From an uncultured Nitrospiraceae bacterium (GTDB lineage: Bacteria > Nitrospirota > Nitrospiria > Nitrospirales > Nitrospiraceae): DNA of 64,000 nucleotides. The notes beneath the pieces are model-generated. The model did not search any database. It worked only from the letters and a program-made list of their open reading frames with translations, and was not told where the DNA came from. The stretch is from assembly GCA_963846575.1 (NCBI GenBank), contig CAWJWJ010000002.1:2272001-2336000 (forward strand). The letters are read 5' to 3'. The position numbers and the translations under genes were made by a program. This document shows, one piece after another, positions 28,076 through 39,337 of this stretch; positions within the stretch are counted from its first letter, which is position 1, and each line of letters begins with the position of its first letter.

Positions 28076-29146
28076 TCAAGGCCCCAACACCGGCCTGAGC
28101 TCCTCTTCGTGGTCCCGAATCCAGCCTGCGATGTTGTCGACGATGTGTTCGACAGTCCAGCGCGGCTTCCATCCGGCCGCCGCCCGCACCTTCGACGTGT
28201 CGGTGAGATAGATGCGTACGTCGCCCGGTCTGGTCGAGGCCTCGCTGTGAACGGGAATCGTCTTTCCCAGGGCCTGCCGGCAGAGAACCGTCCACTCCAG
28301 TAGCGACACGCTGGATTCGCTTCCCCCCCCGACGTTGTAGACCTGCCCGTTATGAATAGCCAAGTGGCCCCACTGATGCTGCAGCAACTCAAAGAGATCT
28401 TCCACGTGCATGAGGTCACGCACCTGCTTGCCACTACCGCCGAATCCGATATACGAAAGGGTGCCGCCGAAATGGTGCCGTGCGGCCCAAAGCACCGGGA
28501 ATCCCTGATCGACCTTCCCCATTTGCCAGGGACCGGTCAGGACCCCGCACCGATTGATGATCGCGCGCACGTCGTACATCGAGACATATTCACGAATCAA
28601 CAGCTCCGCGCAGAGTTTCGTCGCCCCATATAAGGTTCGCGCCCCCTCGAGTGGAAACTCTTCCGTCACACCCTGATCGGACAGCCCCGCGCGGGCTCGA
28701 TCAGCGCACCACTCGAACCTCGTCGGGGTCTCCTGAAATGGCAGTTCGTTGAGTGCCTCATAGGGATACACACGACTGGTCGAGAGAAAAATCAGCTCGG
28801 CCTGATCCCGTCTGGCCATCTCCAGACAATTGACGGTCCCGACCAGATTGGTGTCGACCACGTAGGAGGCAGCGCCATCGAATCCCGCCAGCGCCGACGG
28901 CTCCGCGGAACATTCGATGATGCGATCAACCTTCCCCACGGCCTCCAAATCGGAGCAGTGGCGCACGTCGCCGTGACAGAACCGGATACCCCGGCGCTGC
29001 AGGCGCGACAGGTTCAACTCCGATCCTCTGCGCCTCAGGTTGTCGAAACAAACAATTTGCCAGTCGGGATAGGCCTCGCGGAACAGCAGGGCGAGGCTGG
29101 AGCCGACAAATCCAGCGCCTCCCGTAATCAGCAGTCGTTTACCCAT
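28076..29146 (-). CDS. NAD-dependent epimerase, CDP-paratose 2-epimerase (RfbE/Tyv)-like
   Basis: ITGGAGFVGS, DNLRRRGS, YGATK, GPWQMGKVDQG, GKQVRDLMHV and NVGGG motifs. Confidence 0.82.
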   Translation of the reverse strand: MGKRLLITGGAGFVGSSLALLFREAYPDWQIVCFDNLRRRGSELNLSRLQRRGIRFCHGDVRHCSDLEAVGKVDRIIECSAEPSALAGFDGAASYVVDTNLVGTVNCLEMARRDQAELIFLSTSRVYPYEALNELPFQETPTRFEWCADRARAGLSDQGVTEEFPLEGARTLYGATKLCAELLIREYVSMYDVRAIINRCGVLTGPWQMGKVDQGFPVLWAARHHFGGTLSYIGFGGSGKQVRDLMHVEDLFELLQHQWGHLAIHNGQVYNVGGGSESSVSLLEWTVLCRQALGKTIPVHSEASTRPGDVRIYLTDTSKVRAAAGWKPRWTVEHIVDNIAGWIRDHEEELRPVLGP

Positions 29147-29192
29147 TGTTCGTCACCAGAAGCAAAACCCGTATCAGTTGCCTGTCCATGGT

Positions 29193-30614
29193 TTACTTCG
29201 ACGGGGCGAGGGCAGTGAGCAGCTCCCGGATCGACAGCCTGCGGAGAATTCCCCTCACGGCCACTCCGGCGACCACCACACCCAGCAAAACTTTGACAGG
29301 CAGCGGGATCTCAATCAAGCGGCTGAGCACATACGCCGTCAGGGTGACGACCACGCCCCAGACCATCCCTGACTCAAGGTGGTACCGACAGCCGAAGCGC
29401 CGTGCCAGGAGAAACCGCATACCATGCAGTGCCAAAGCGCCGGACACCGCGGCACTCGTCGCGCCGATAACCCCGAACTGCCGTGTCGCGACCATGATGA
29501 GCACGACCGTAGCGAGGCTCATGACGATGGAGGACCAGGACAGGAGGACGTTCTGTCGAACCGTCAGCAGATACTGTGTAAACGGGATGGCCATGCTGTG
29601 CGCAAACACCAGCAGAAACCAAATGGGCGCCAGTTCCGCGGCCTGGTCGAACTTCCCGTGAGTGAGCAGATGGATCACTTCGGGAGCAAACAAGGTAACC
29701 AGAAGGCCTCCGGCCGTCACACAGAGGTACCACAGCGACACGCTCTCTTCAATGTGCAGTCGCGTCTGGCCGCGATCTCCGGCGAACAATTCCAGAAACG
29801 TCGGGGTCATGGTTCTCGAATAGGCCTTGGTCACGGTCACGAACATGCCGCGATAACTCTGGGAATGGGCATAGAGACCCAGCGTCGCAAGATCCAACCA
29901 GCGCTGAATGATGAAGCGATCGAGGCTGTTGGCCACCACGTCCATGAGGCTGAATGGTATGACCGGCAGGCCGCTGCGCGCAATTTCTTTTCCCCAATGC
30001 AGACTGGGCCGGAGCGTGACCTTGCGGGCCGCATACCACAATCCATGCGTGATGGAGACCAGTCCGGCTGCAATCGGGCCCAGAAACAGGGCCAACACCC
30101 CGAGCTTCGCAATCGAAAGCCCAACCAGCGTCGTCACTGCTCCGGCGACCCACTGCAGCGATTCATTCACCGCATGGCTGACGGGCGCCCGCTCGATCAC
30201 CATCAAGGGACTGAGTGTCCCCCAGACTGCGCCGGCCAACAGTCCCGCCAGCGCCAATCTAAAGTAAAATTGATACTCGGGCCTGTAGTCCCGGATCACA
30301 TGGGGCAGGACGAGAGGAGACAGCAGTCCGAAAATCAGAACCCAGACCGTTTTCATTCCAAGATTTGCGAGCAGGAGATTGAATAGCAATTCCTTACGGC
30401 CCGGCTCCGAGGTGGCGTGCCAGTGGCTGGACAACACCCAGTTATCACCGGTCGAGGCGAGCGGGGTGACGAGCATGGCCACAGCGGTCAGGATGGCGAC
30501 CGTGCCGATATCAGACGGATCGAGGTAATAGGTAGTGACGGGAACCATGACTCCGACTCCCACAATGGTCTGGAGCAAGGGTGGGAGCAGAAACCAGAAA
30601 AAACTCCTATTCAC
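29193..30614 (-). CDS. wzx: Wzx oligosaccharide flippase
   Basis: PVTTYYLDPSDIG and SLDRFIIQRWLDLATLGLY motifs with about 14 TM segments; start uncertain (GTG 30614 or 30662). Confidence 0.8.
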   Translation of the reverse strand: MNRSFFWFLLPPLLQTIVGVGVMVPVTTYYLDPSDIGTVAILTAVAMLVTPLASTGDNWVLSSHWHATSEPGRKELLFNLLLANLGMKTVWVLIFGLLSPLVLPHVIRDYRPEYQFYFRLALAGLLAGAVWGTLSPLMVIERAPVSHAVNESLQWVAGAVTTLVGLSIAKLGVLALFLGPIAAGLVSITHGLWYAARKVTLRPSLHWGKEIARSGLPVIPFSLMDVVANSLDRFIIQRWLDLATLGLYAHSQSYRGMFVTVTKAYSRTMTPTFLELFAGDRGQTRLHIEESVSLWYLCVTAGGLLVTLFAPEVIHLLTHGKFDQAAELAPIWFLLVFAHSMAIPFTQYLLTVRQNVLLSWSSIVMSLATVVLIMVATRQFGVIGATSAAVSGALALHGMRFLLARRFGCRYHLESGMVWGVVVTLTAYVLSRLIEIPLPVKVLLGVVVAGVAVRGILRRLSIRELLTALAPSK

Positions 30615-30658
30615 AAGGGGTCCAGCCTCTGACCGTGAACACGCAGGAGCCGCTACCC

Positions 30659-31198
30659 TCACCGGGCGGCACGGGTGACGACCTCCACGATTCGATTCAC
30701 CGATTGTGCAGGCGACTCCGTGCCGGTATCCACGATGATGTCCGCGTCGAGCGGCTCCTCGTAGGGGTCGGACACGCCCGTGAACTGCTCAATCTCGCCG
30801 CGTAGCGCCTTGGCGTACATCCCTTTGACATCGCGCCTGATGCACTCTTCAACGCCACAGCGCACCCACACCTCGATGAAGGAACCTGAACCACCTACCT
30901 TCTCCACCATCGCCCGGGCCTCCTTGCGGCTGGCGCGGAACGGCGACACGGCAGCAACAATGCTGCAGACCCCATGCTTCGTCAAAACCTGGCAGACCCA
31001 ACCGATCCGCAAAATGTTGGTGTCACGATCGACGCGGGAAAAGCCGAGTCCCTTGGATAGGTGCGTTCGGACGACATCCCCGTCCAACACCTCCACATTG
31101 GTCATCCCCCGCGCCCAGAGGGTCCGAAACAGCAGGTTTGCGAGAGTCGTCTTTCCGGAACAGGGCAAACCAGTCAACCAGATCGTCAACGCTTTCAT
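30659..31198 (-). CDS. cysC: Adenylyl-sulfate kinase
   Basis: IWLTGLPCSGKTT P-loop, LDGDVVR..LSKGLGFS..DR..N, RDVKGMY and FTGVSDPYEEP motifs. Confidence 0.95.
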   Translation of the reverse strand: MKALTIWLTGLPCSGKTTLANLLFRTLWARGMTNVEVLDGDVVRTHLSKGLGFSRVDRDTNILRIGWVCQVLTKHGVCSIVAAVSPFRASRKEARAMVEKVGGSGSFIEVWVRCGVEECIRRDVKGMYAKALRGEIEQFTGVSDPYEEPLDADIIVDTGTESPAQSVNRIVEVVTRAAR

Positions 31199-31202
31199 AC
31201 GC

Positions 31203-33343
31203 TCAGCTCTCGACCCTCCTGAAAACCTCTGTCGCCTGGAAACCGGCACGGGAGATCGTAAAGGTTCCCTCCACCGGCAGGGGCCCCTCCCAACTCCACC
31301 GCAAAAACCGGGTCGGACATATGACGCCATACTGCGGTGCCATGTCTTCCAGATCGATCTGCGCGTGAACGGCCAACGACTGGCTGCCCGTCGACAATCG
31401 CGGCCCCTCCAGCCAGAAACGCTGCCCTGGGGTCAACACATGCCAGCCGGTTTCGGCTGGCATGAGAGAACAATGGGAGGCGAACGTCAAGGTCCACTCG
31501 ATGTGATGTCGGACAGTGCGGCCTGAAGGACTGTAACACCGGTCGATCACTTGCCAGGTGCCGTTCGACCGATGCGACTGCACGCTACGCCGATGCAGCA
31601 CCGGGTCCGACAACCGCCTGTAGCCATCATGTTCTGCCACCACGCGCTCGACCGATTGCTCGATCTCCCACTCCAAAACCTGCGGTCTGCTATCGGCGTG
31701 TAGACAAAATAGTTTCCCGGGAATCGCGCGGTTCTGTTCTGCCCGGTCCACCCTCACGGTCGAATGATGGATGGTGCGGCGAAATCGATTATAGGCTTGC
31801 GGGTCGGAAGTATAGAGAAAACAACCTGGATCCACAAGAATATCTTCCCCTCCGAGACAGAGTTCCAGGGAGAGCAGATCGTTATGTTTGTGAGTTCCCA
31901 CTCCGTTGGTGCCGGGCGGATTGCAATTCAACAGGGCGTAGTCCTCCCGCTCGCGCAGGATGTAGAACCCGCCTGCAGGAAAGGCCACGCTCCGGAGGCA
32001 TGCCGGTTCGCTCGTCGGCACTGGCGGCCATCCTGCCTGCCGCGCGCCGCCGAACCATAGGCCCTCGACCCATGCGGGCCCGCCGCGACCAGCCAGTCCT
32101 CGCGACGGAACAACAAACCCCCGACGGCAAGGAGATGGCGGTGGTCGCGTGGGTCGCAATGGCTATAACCGGTCAGGATGTGCAATCGGCCATTGTCTCC
32201 ATCGCCGATTTGCGGCGCCAGCCCGTTGGGTTTCATATAGGCCTGCACGAAGTCGCACATCTTTTCCAGACGACTGTAAAACGCATCGGGCAAATCTATG
32301 CCGTGTTGGCGACAGAGCCAAGCGGAGGACAGAAACATTTCCGTCACCAGGCGGTGATACGAGAGACTCGATTCATAATGGACGCCATCGGGAAGCACCT
32401 CCCGGTTCATCTCGCGCACTAGTTCACCCAGAGCAAACGTGCGCCAACGGTCGGCTTCATGCACCTCTTTCAGACACAATCCTAGGTAGAGCAAACCCAC
32501 GACATCCGCCAGATAGTGATTGGTCGTCACCCCATCATCACGCAGTTCCAGATTGGCCATGAGATGCCGGCCATGCACGACCAACATGGCGAGGACTTCA
32601 GCAAACCAGGCGTCGTCCACCTCCGGTGATTCCGCGACGAGTGCCAGTGTCCACAGCCAATTGACCGCGCGAATCGCCACCTCCATCGGGCAAGCCCAGT
32701 TTACCCCGCAACCAGGCTGATTGGCTGCCATCCAACTGGTCAACTGCGCCACACATTCGGAGGCATATTTTGATTTTCCGGTCAGGAGCGCCGCCTGAGC
32801 CAGTAGCACCAGATGGTGGCATCGGGACAGTTCCCATGGCACCTTGATATCCACGCCGGCATCATGGCCATGAGCGACGTCCAGGAAACAGAGATCGGGA
32901 TTCCATCGATACCCGCTTTTGAAATCCAGATGCCAATCGATCGTTATGCCCAATGCCACCGGGCCGGATCCCAACAGGTCAAATACATGGTCGCAGACCT
33001 TGTCGGCGGATTCGAGGGTCGAGTCCAAAAGACCTGGCGTCCGTTGCTGATAGAGCGCCCGAATCACCGGCCCATCGTGAGTCGAGGCTGGGAGGCGATG
33101 CACGAGTGTGTTCCTCATCCGGGCCACCACAGCGCGGACGTCCCCTGCCGTAGCCCCGACTGCGGTCGCCAGGGTTGAGCTGTCCACCCGGCAGGACTGA
33201 CGAACAACTCGAAACCGATGCCAACGAGTGAGTAGCGGGCGAAGGAGCTTGCGGATGCCCATGCAAAGCGTGGCACGAGGTCCTATGGCTCGAACCTTCG
33301 ACCGGAGGCGATCCGCAAACTCAATTCCAGCATCGTCACTCAT
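31203..33343 (-). pseudogene. Heparinase II/III-family protein, split by one frameshift near 32075 (real or sequencing error)
   Basis: N-terminal ORF has DIKVPWELSR, NPG-like GVNW, NHYLAD, DGVHYESSLSYH and IGDGDNG. C-terminal ORF has HKHNDLLS, VDPG..Y and HDGY. The frames cross at ...VAAGP / AWVEGLW... Start position uncertain. Confidence 0.8.
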
Positions 33344-33435
33344 CCGGCACCAATACGAAGATTTATGTACGGCCACGCATGACTCGATCCACGACGTTGA
33401 GGGTCGGGAGTCACTGGGCCGTCCCTTTGCGATGA

Positions 33436-35334
33436 CTACGCAAGATACTCCTTCCACCAGAGCGCGAGATTGAAGAGATACCAACTGCGGGGATCTCGCT
33501 GCTCGCGCACCAACTGCAACACGGCCGCTTTGTCCAAGAGCCCGCTACGGTCGCAAAACTCCGTCAGGGTCTCCTGCATCGCCACACCAAGTCGGTCCCG
33601 CATCCACTCATGCACCGGTACACCGAATCCCTGCTTCGGACGATCGATGATGGCATCGGGAATGACACCCCGCACAGCCTGTTTGAGCAAAGTCTTGACC
33701 ACCCCGCCTCTGGTCTTCACGCTTTCGGGGATACTCATTGCCAATTGTACGAATTCATGATCGAGAAACGGCACGCGGGCTTCCAAACTTGCGCCCATGC
33801 TCATCTTGTCCACCCGCATCAACAAGAGTTCGGGAAGTCTGAAATTGAGGTCGAGATAACTCATCCATTGGAGCGGTCCCTTTTCCCAAGCTTTGGACTC
33901 GAATCGTTCATGGATCGGCCGGATGGCATCCCAGGAGGTCAGGTTTCGGAAACGTCGTCGCAAGCTCGGCGACAAGAGTCGCTGTTTTAAGGCCTCCGGA
34001 AAGGCTTCGGCGCCGCCCCAAAAGACTGGTTGATGAGCGGCCCCTCGCCGCAACCGTTCATAATGAAAGCTCTCGCCTTGGCCTATCCATTGCAGACCGC
34101 ACAGCCCGAGTCGCTTGAGCAGTGAAGGGACTGGCCAATGGTTCCACTCTTCTAGCTTCTTGAATGTCTTCCAGGCCGGATAGCCCCAGAATAATTCGTC
34201 AGCTCCCTCGCCGACCTGACAGACGATCACGCCCCGCTCACGCGCCAATTGCGACACATAGTACACGGGCACGCAAACGGGATCCGCAATCGGCTCGTCC
34301 TGCAACGCTACCATTCGAGGCAGGAAGGTGAGGAGATCATCCAGCGACAGCAGTCGTTCATGGTGCTCCGCGCCAACCCTGTCGGCCATCAACCGTGCGT
34401 ACTCAAGCTCATTGCGATAACTTTGATAGGCTCCGTCGTATCCGATCGTAAAAGTTCTCACAGGGTGCGACTCACCCTGCGAGAACAACGCTGCGTTGGT
34501 ACTGGAATCGATGCCCCCGGACAGAAACACACCGACCGGCACGTCGCTCACTTTGCGTAGCGCGACTGACTCACGTAGTTGGGCCAGCACACGCGCCGAA
34601 ATATCCGCGTCCGAGTGTCCTCTGAGGGGCGACGTGTGGTCCAAGACATCCCAGTAGCGACGCTCTTCCATGGTGCCGTCCGCGCGGATGCGCAGCCAGG
34701 TTCCTCCCGGGAGCTTATTGATTCCCTCAAAGAGCGTCTGTGGCGCCGGGGTGGTCAGGAATGAAAGATAATGAAAGAGAGATTCTTCATGAAGCGACCG
34801 AGGTTGCTCCGGGTCCTGGAGCAACGCCTTGATCTCGGAGGCGAAAGTCAGCCGTCCGTGGTGCCGGCTATAATAGAGCGGTTTGACTCCGATACGGTCG
34901 CGGATCAACCACAGTTCCTGGCGTCGCACATCCCACAGGGCGATCGCAAACATGCCTCGAAACCTCGACAAACAGTCGATACCCCAGGTTTCGAAAGCAT
35001 GGAGAATGACCTCGGTATCCGAGTGGTCGGTCCGCCAGCGGTGCCCCCCCAGCGTCTCGAGTTCGCGCCTTATGGAGGCATGATTGTAGATTTCTCCGTT
35101 AAACGTGACCCATAGGGTCTCGTCCTCGTTCGCCATCGGTTGCCCGGCCGCTTCGGCCAGATCGATGATGGAGAGCCGCCGATGTCCGAGACCGATTCGG
35201 CCATTAGCGCCGATCCAGAGCCCGGCCCCGTCAGGCCCTCGGTGGACCATGCTGTCCCGCATCCGCGTCAGGTAAGGCTCGGAAAGGCGGAACGGGCCTC
35301 CATCGAAGACCAGTGCCCCGACTAGACCACACAT
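33436..35334 (-). CDS. asnB: Second asparagine synthase-type amidotransferase
   Basis: MCGLVG, HRGPDG, HRRLSIIDL, NGEIYN, LSGGIDS, GEGADELF and DKMSMGASLEARVPFLD motifs. Confidence 0.93.
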   Translation of the reverse strand: MCGLVGALVFDGGPFRLSEPYLTRMRDSMVHRGPDGAGLWIGANGRIGLGHRRLSIIDLAEAAGQPMANEDETLWVTFNGEIYNHASIRRELETLGGHRWRTDHSDTEVILHAFETWGIDCLSRFRGMFAIALWDVRRQELWLIRDRIGVKPLYYSRHHGRLTFASEIKALLQDPEQPRSLHEESLFHYLSFLTTPAPQTLFEGINKLPGGTWLRIRADGTMEERRYWDVLDHTSPLRGHSDADISARVLAQLRESVALRKVSDVPVGVFLSGGIDSSTNAALFSQGESHPVRTFTIGYDGAYQSYRNELEYARLMADRVGAEHHERLLSLDDLLTFLPRMVALQDEPIADPVCVPVYYVSQLARERGVIVCQVGEGADELFWGYPAWKTFKKLEEWNHWPVPSLLKRLGLCGLQWIGQGESFHYERLRRGAAHQPVFWGGAEAFPEALKQRLLSPSLRRRFRNLTSWDAIRPIHERFESKAWEKGPLQWMSYLDLNFRLPELLLMRVDKMSMGASLEARVPFLDHEFVQLAMSIPESVKTRGGVVKTLLKQAVRGVIPDAIIDRPKQGFGVPVHEWMRDRLGVAMQETLTEFCDRSGLLDKAAVLQLVREQRDPRSWYLFNLALWWKEYLA

Positions 35335-35480
35335 GACAAGGGGTTCCTAACGTCCACGATGGTAAAGAAACCTGCCCGAGGTGACGAGGGTCGACCAGGA
35401 AGGGAAGAACCTGGCGGAAAGATACGCGTGGTCGCGCCCGTCAGCCTGTGCTGCAGCAGAGCGGCCTCGGCGGAGGCGCT

Positions 35481-36431
35481 TCATTTCGCACCGGCTTGAG
35501 AATTGCCCACACGCTGCCGGTACCATCCATAGGCTTGGCGCAAACCGTCCGGCAGGGTGATCGCAGGCTTCCAGCCAAAGGCGTGAATGCGACTACAGTC
35601 CATCAACTTCCTCGGCATTCCATCCGGCTTGGTGCGGTCCCAATGTATCTCCCCACGATATCCAACCACCTCCGCAATCAGCACCGCCAGGTCGGCAATT
35701 GTGATTTCCTTTCCCGCGCCGACATTCACGATCATGGGATCTGAATAACGATCCATCAGAAAGACACAAGCCTCCGCACAATCGTCTACATGCAGAAACT
35801 CCCGCAGGGGCGATCCGGAACCCCACAGCGTGGGAGGATTGCCCCGCTCGCGCGCCTCGTGAAATCGCCTGATCAACGCCGCCAGCACATGCGAATGCTG
35901 CAAATCGAAATTATCGTTCGGGCCATAGAGATTGGTCGGCATGGCGGCGATGAAATCACACCCGTACTGTCGCCGGTAGGCCTGGCACATCTTGATGCCG
36001 GCGATCTTCGCCACGGCATACCACTCATTGGTCGGTTCGAGCGGCCCGGTCAAAAGATACTCTTCCTTCATCGGCTGCGGAGAGTCCCGTGGATAGATGC
36101 AGGAGGATCCGAGCAAAAGCAGCTTTTTCACTCCATGGACGCAAGCCTGATGGATGACATTGGTCTGAATCGCCAGGTTGTCATAAATAAAGTCGGCGGG
36201 GAACGTGCTGTTCGCCAAAATCCCCCCCACCTTGGCTGCGGCCAGAAAGACGTACTCCGGTTTAGCCTCCGCAAAAAATGAGGCAACCTGCGCGCCGTCC
36301 CGTAGGTCCAGTTCCTTGCTGTTCCGAACAATCAAATTCTCAAACCCGCTGGCCGTGAGAGTCCGCAGAATTGCAGACCCGACCATCCCGCAATGCCCGG
36401 CAATGTAAATACGCGCATGCTTGTCCATCAC
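35481..36431 (-). CDS. fcl: GDP-L-fucose synthase
   Basis: GHCGMVGSA, AAAKVGGI.AN, LGSSCIYP, LEPTNEWYAVAKIAG, MPTNLYGPNDNF and WGSGSPLREFLHVDD motifs. Confidence 0.96.
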   Translation of the reverse strand: MMDKHARIYIAGHCGMVGSAILRTLTASGFENLIVRNSKELDLRDGAQVASFFAEAKPEYVFLAAAKVGGILANSTFPADFIYDNLAIQTNVIHQACVHGVKKLLLLGSSCIYPRDSPQPMKEEYLLTGPLEPTNEWYAVAKIAGIKMCQAYRRQYGCDFIAAMPTNLYGPNDNFDLQHSHVLAALIRRFHEARERGNPPTLWGSGSPLREFLHVDDCAEACVFLMDRYSDPMIVNVGAGKEITIADLAVLIAEVVGYRGEIHWDRTKPDGMPRKLMDCSRIHAFGWKPAITLPDGLRQAYGWYRQRVGNSQAGAK

Positions 36432-37460
<1,029 letters not shown>

Positions 37461-37537
37461 TCATGTACCAACGAGCGAACGCCCGACAACCTGGCATTCA
37501 TGCTTGCGACGAAAGACCTTTCACCTTTGATCAATAT

Positions 37538-37568
37538 CTGACGTCCTGTCAAGACGAGAGGACGTCAG
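37538..37568. promoter_or_regulatory. Perfect 10-bp inverted repeat straddling a TTGACA hexamer upstream of gmd
   Basis: CTGACGTCCT (37538-37547), 11 nt, AGGACGTCAG (37559-37568); TTGACA on the minus strand at 37552-37547. Confidence 0.45.
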
Positions 37569-37670
37569 CCCGGCAGCGGCATCATCCTCGGTGCTTTCGA
37601 CGCAATTCGCCCGGTCCCGCACATCCGGGAGCGGGGCCGTCTCCTTCCATGAGCTGCGCCCTGGTGACCG

Positions 37671-38920
37671 TCACGTCCCTACGGCCGCCAACAACCAGAA
37701 AACGTGCGCCAAGCTACCCATGAACATATAGTCGAAAAAGTTCCTAATTCCAAATCCGAGCACAGCAATCCGACGCCTGCCGCCATCACGGTCTCGTATC
37801 TGCTTGGATTGGTATCCAGGAGACGGACGTCAGGCGTCGCAGGAGGGCTACAAAGATCCATCCAAAACTCAGAACAGCCGGAATGCCGCTTCCAACAGCT
37901 ACCATAAGAAACGTGTTATGCATCGCAGGTATCACACGCTCACGTTCAGGCTTACGGGCCTGAACCTCTAGCGAGTATTGGGGAAACTTTTTAATGAATG
38001 AATCGTTGCCATAACCAATCCCGACAAGCGAATGAGCCATCACTTTTCCAAACCAATTGTCCACACGGCCAGCCTCGTATTGGCAGTGTTGGCACCCACC
38101 GTTTCGTTCTGAAATCCCGTCTGAGACAGGATTAACAATCCCACCCCGTTAGCACCATGAAACCCCCAACACCAAGGGCAAGCCGGCGTCCCCCGACCAT
38201 GAGGGCGAGGGTCACTCCTTGCGCGGCGTGCCCAAGCCATCCGCCACGGGTGTAGGAAAACAGCTGCGCGGCGACCGTGAGGACAAGAGCCAGTAGCTGG
38301 GCTCCACGGATCCAGGCGGCACGGGCCATGACGACAAGGGCGCCGATGACAGGAACCGTCATCACCATGTAGGTGCTGAGCCAGTTGTAATCGGAGCCGA
38401 AGGCCTGGGCCCGTACAAAACGATCCCGCCATGTCCCTCCCCGGGACACAAACTCGTTGACCGCGTAGGCAGCCAGAATAGTTCCCCCCACAGCCAGAGA
38501 CCAAAGGACATATTGCGGCAACTTTGCCTGGCGCTGCCGGTCCAAGACCAGCAACGCCCAGTAAAACACGCCGGCCTGAGCAACGAACTTTTTCCATTCG
38601 GCAAAACTGTAGGCGGGATCAGTCGCGAAGGGCACAGTGCAGAGCACCCAGAGGATGAAGAGCCAGAGGGGAAGGTCCAACGGATTTCGGATCCAGGGAC
38701 TCACCTTCTCCAGCCAACAGACACCCACACAGAGTACCGACAGAATGATAATCGTATGCTCCTGAATCCGAAAGAGCATGGGGAAAAAACTCGTACAGGC
38801 GACCACGATCAGGATGTAGCTTTGGAACCGCCAGAACAGCGCATGCCCGGAATCCCGACGCGCACTCTCCGCGCCGGACCTCGTCGCGGCGTCGGATGCT
38901 GACGAGACCGAAGCGCTCAT
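37671..38920 (-). pseudogene. O-antigen ligase (WaaL/Wzy_C) family protein with several frameshifts in the 3' half
   Basis: Multi-TM N-terminus with FSYTRGGW. In other frames: RLAVW, GIGYGN, MHNTFL...GSGIP and IRNFFDYMFMGSLAHVFWLL, ending at TGA 37671. Confidence 0.78.
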
Positions 38921-39337
38921 AGGATCAGCAGCGATGGCGTCACCATTGCAGATAAAAGCCAATACGTCATAGGCACCGTGGTCTTCCCCAGGCCGGCTCA
39001 GCGGTGGAGCAATTTAAGTATGCTGAGCCCGTCGCCCGCATTGCCTCCGACGGTCCATCTCCCACAGCAGCATCTCCTGCTTCCGTGAACCCATGATACG
39101 GGTGCACGGAAGGTGGATTAGAGCCCCAGGTGTTGCGGCGAAACTGACGTGCGAAAGGAACGGACGCACGAATCTGAGCTCGGGATGCAACTGCATACAC
39201 GACGGCACAGGACTCAGCGGGATCGCAGTATAGAGCAATCATCCGGCCTCCACAACAAAGGAGGCCGTCATGTTTAGCTGGATCTGCCGATCTGACCGGA
39301 ACAGCATAGGACATGGCTTGAGGGATGCGGACTGGGG

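Noticed and set aside
28323..28330. G8 tract (coding strand) in the RfbE-like gene as a phase-variation site
   Set aside because: In frame, encodes the conserved NVGGG motif, and is short for a contingency tract.
39130..39230. Firm call of a c-di-GMP-I riboswitch
   Set aside because: Only partial motif resemblance, with an imperfect GAAA stem and no tetraloop receptor; kept as a finding to test, not as a feature.
38967..39314. 115-aa and 74-aa minus-strand ORFs in the ligase-rfbD gap
   Set aside because: No recognisable domain or convincing RBS; the region is better explained as non-coding and structured.
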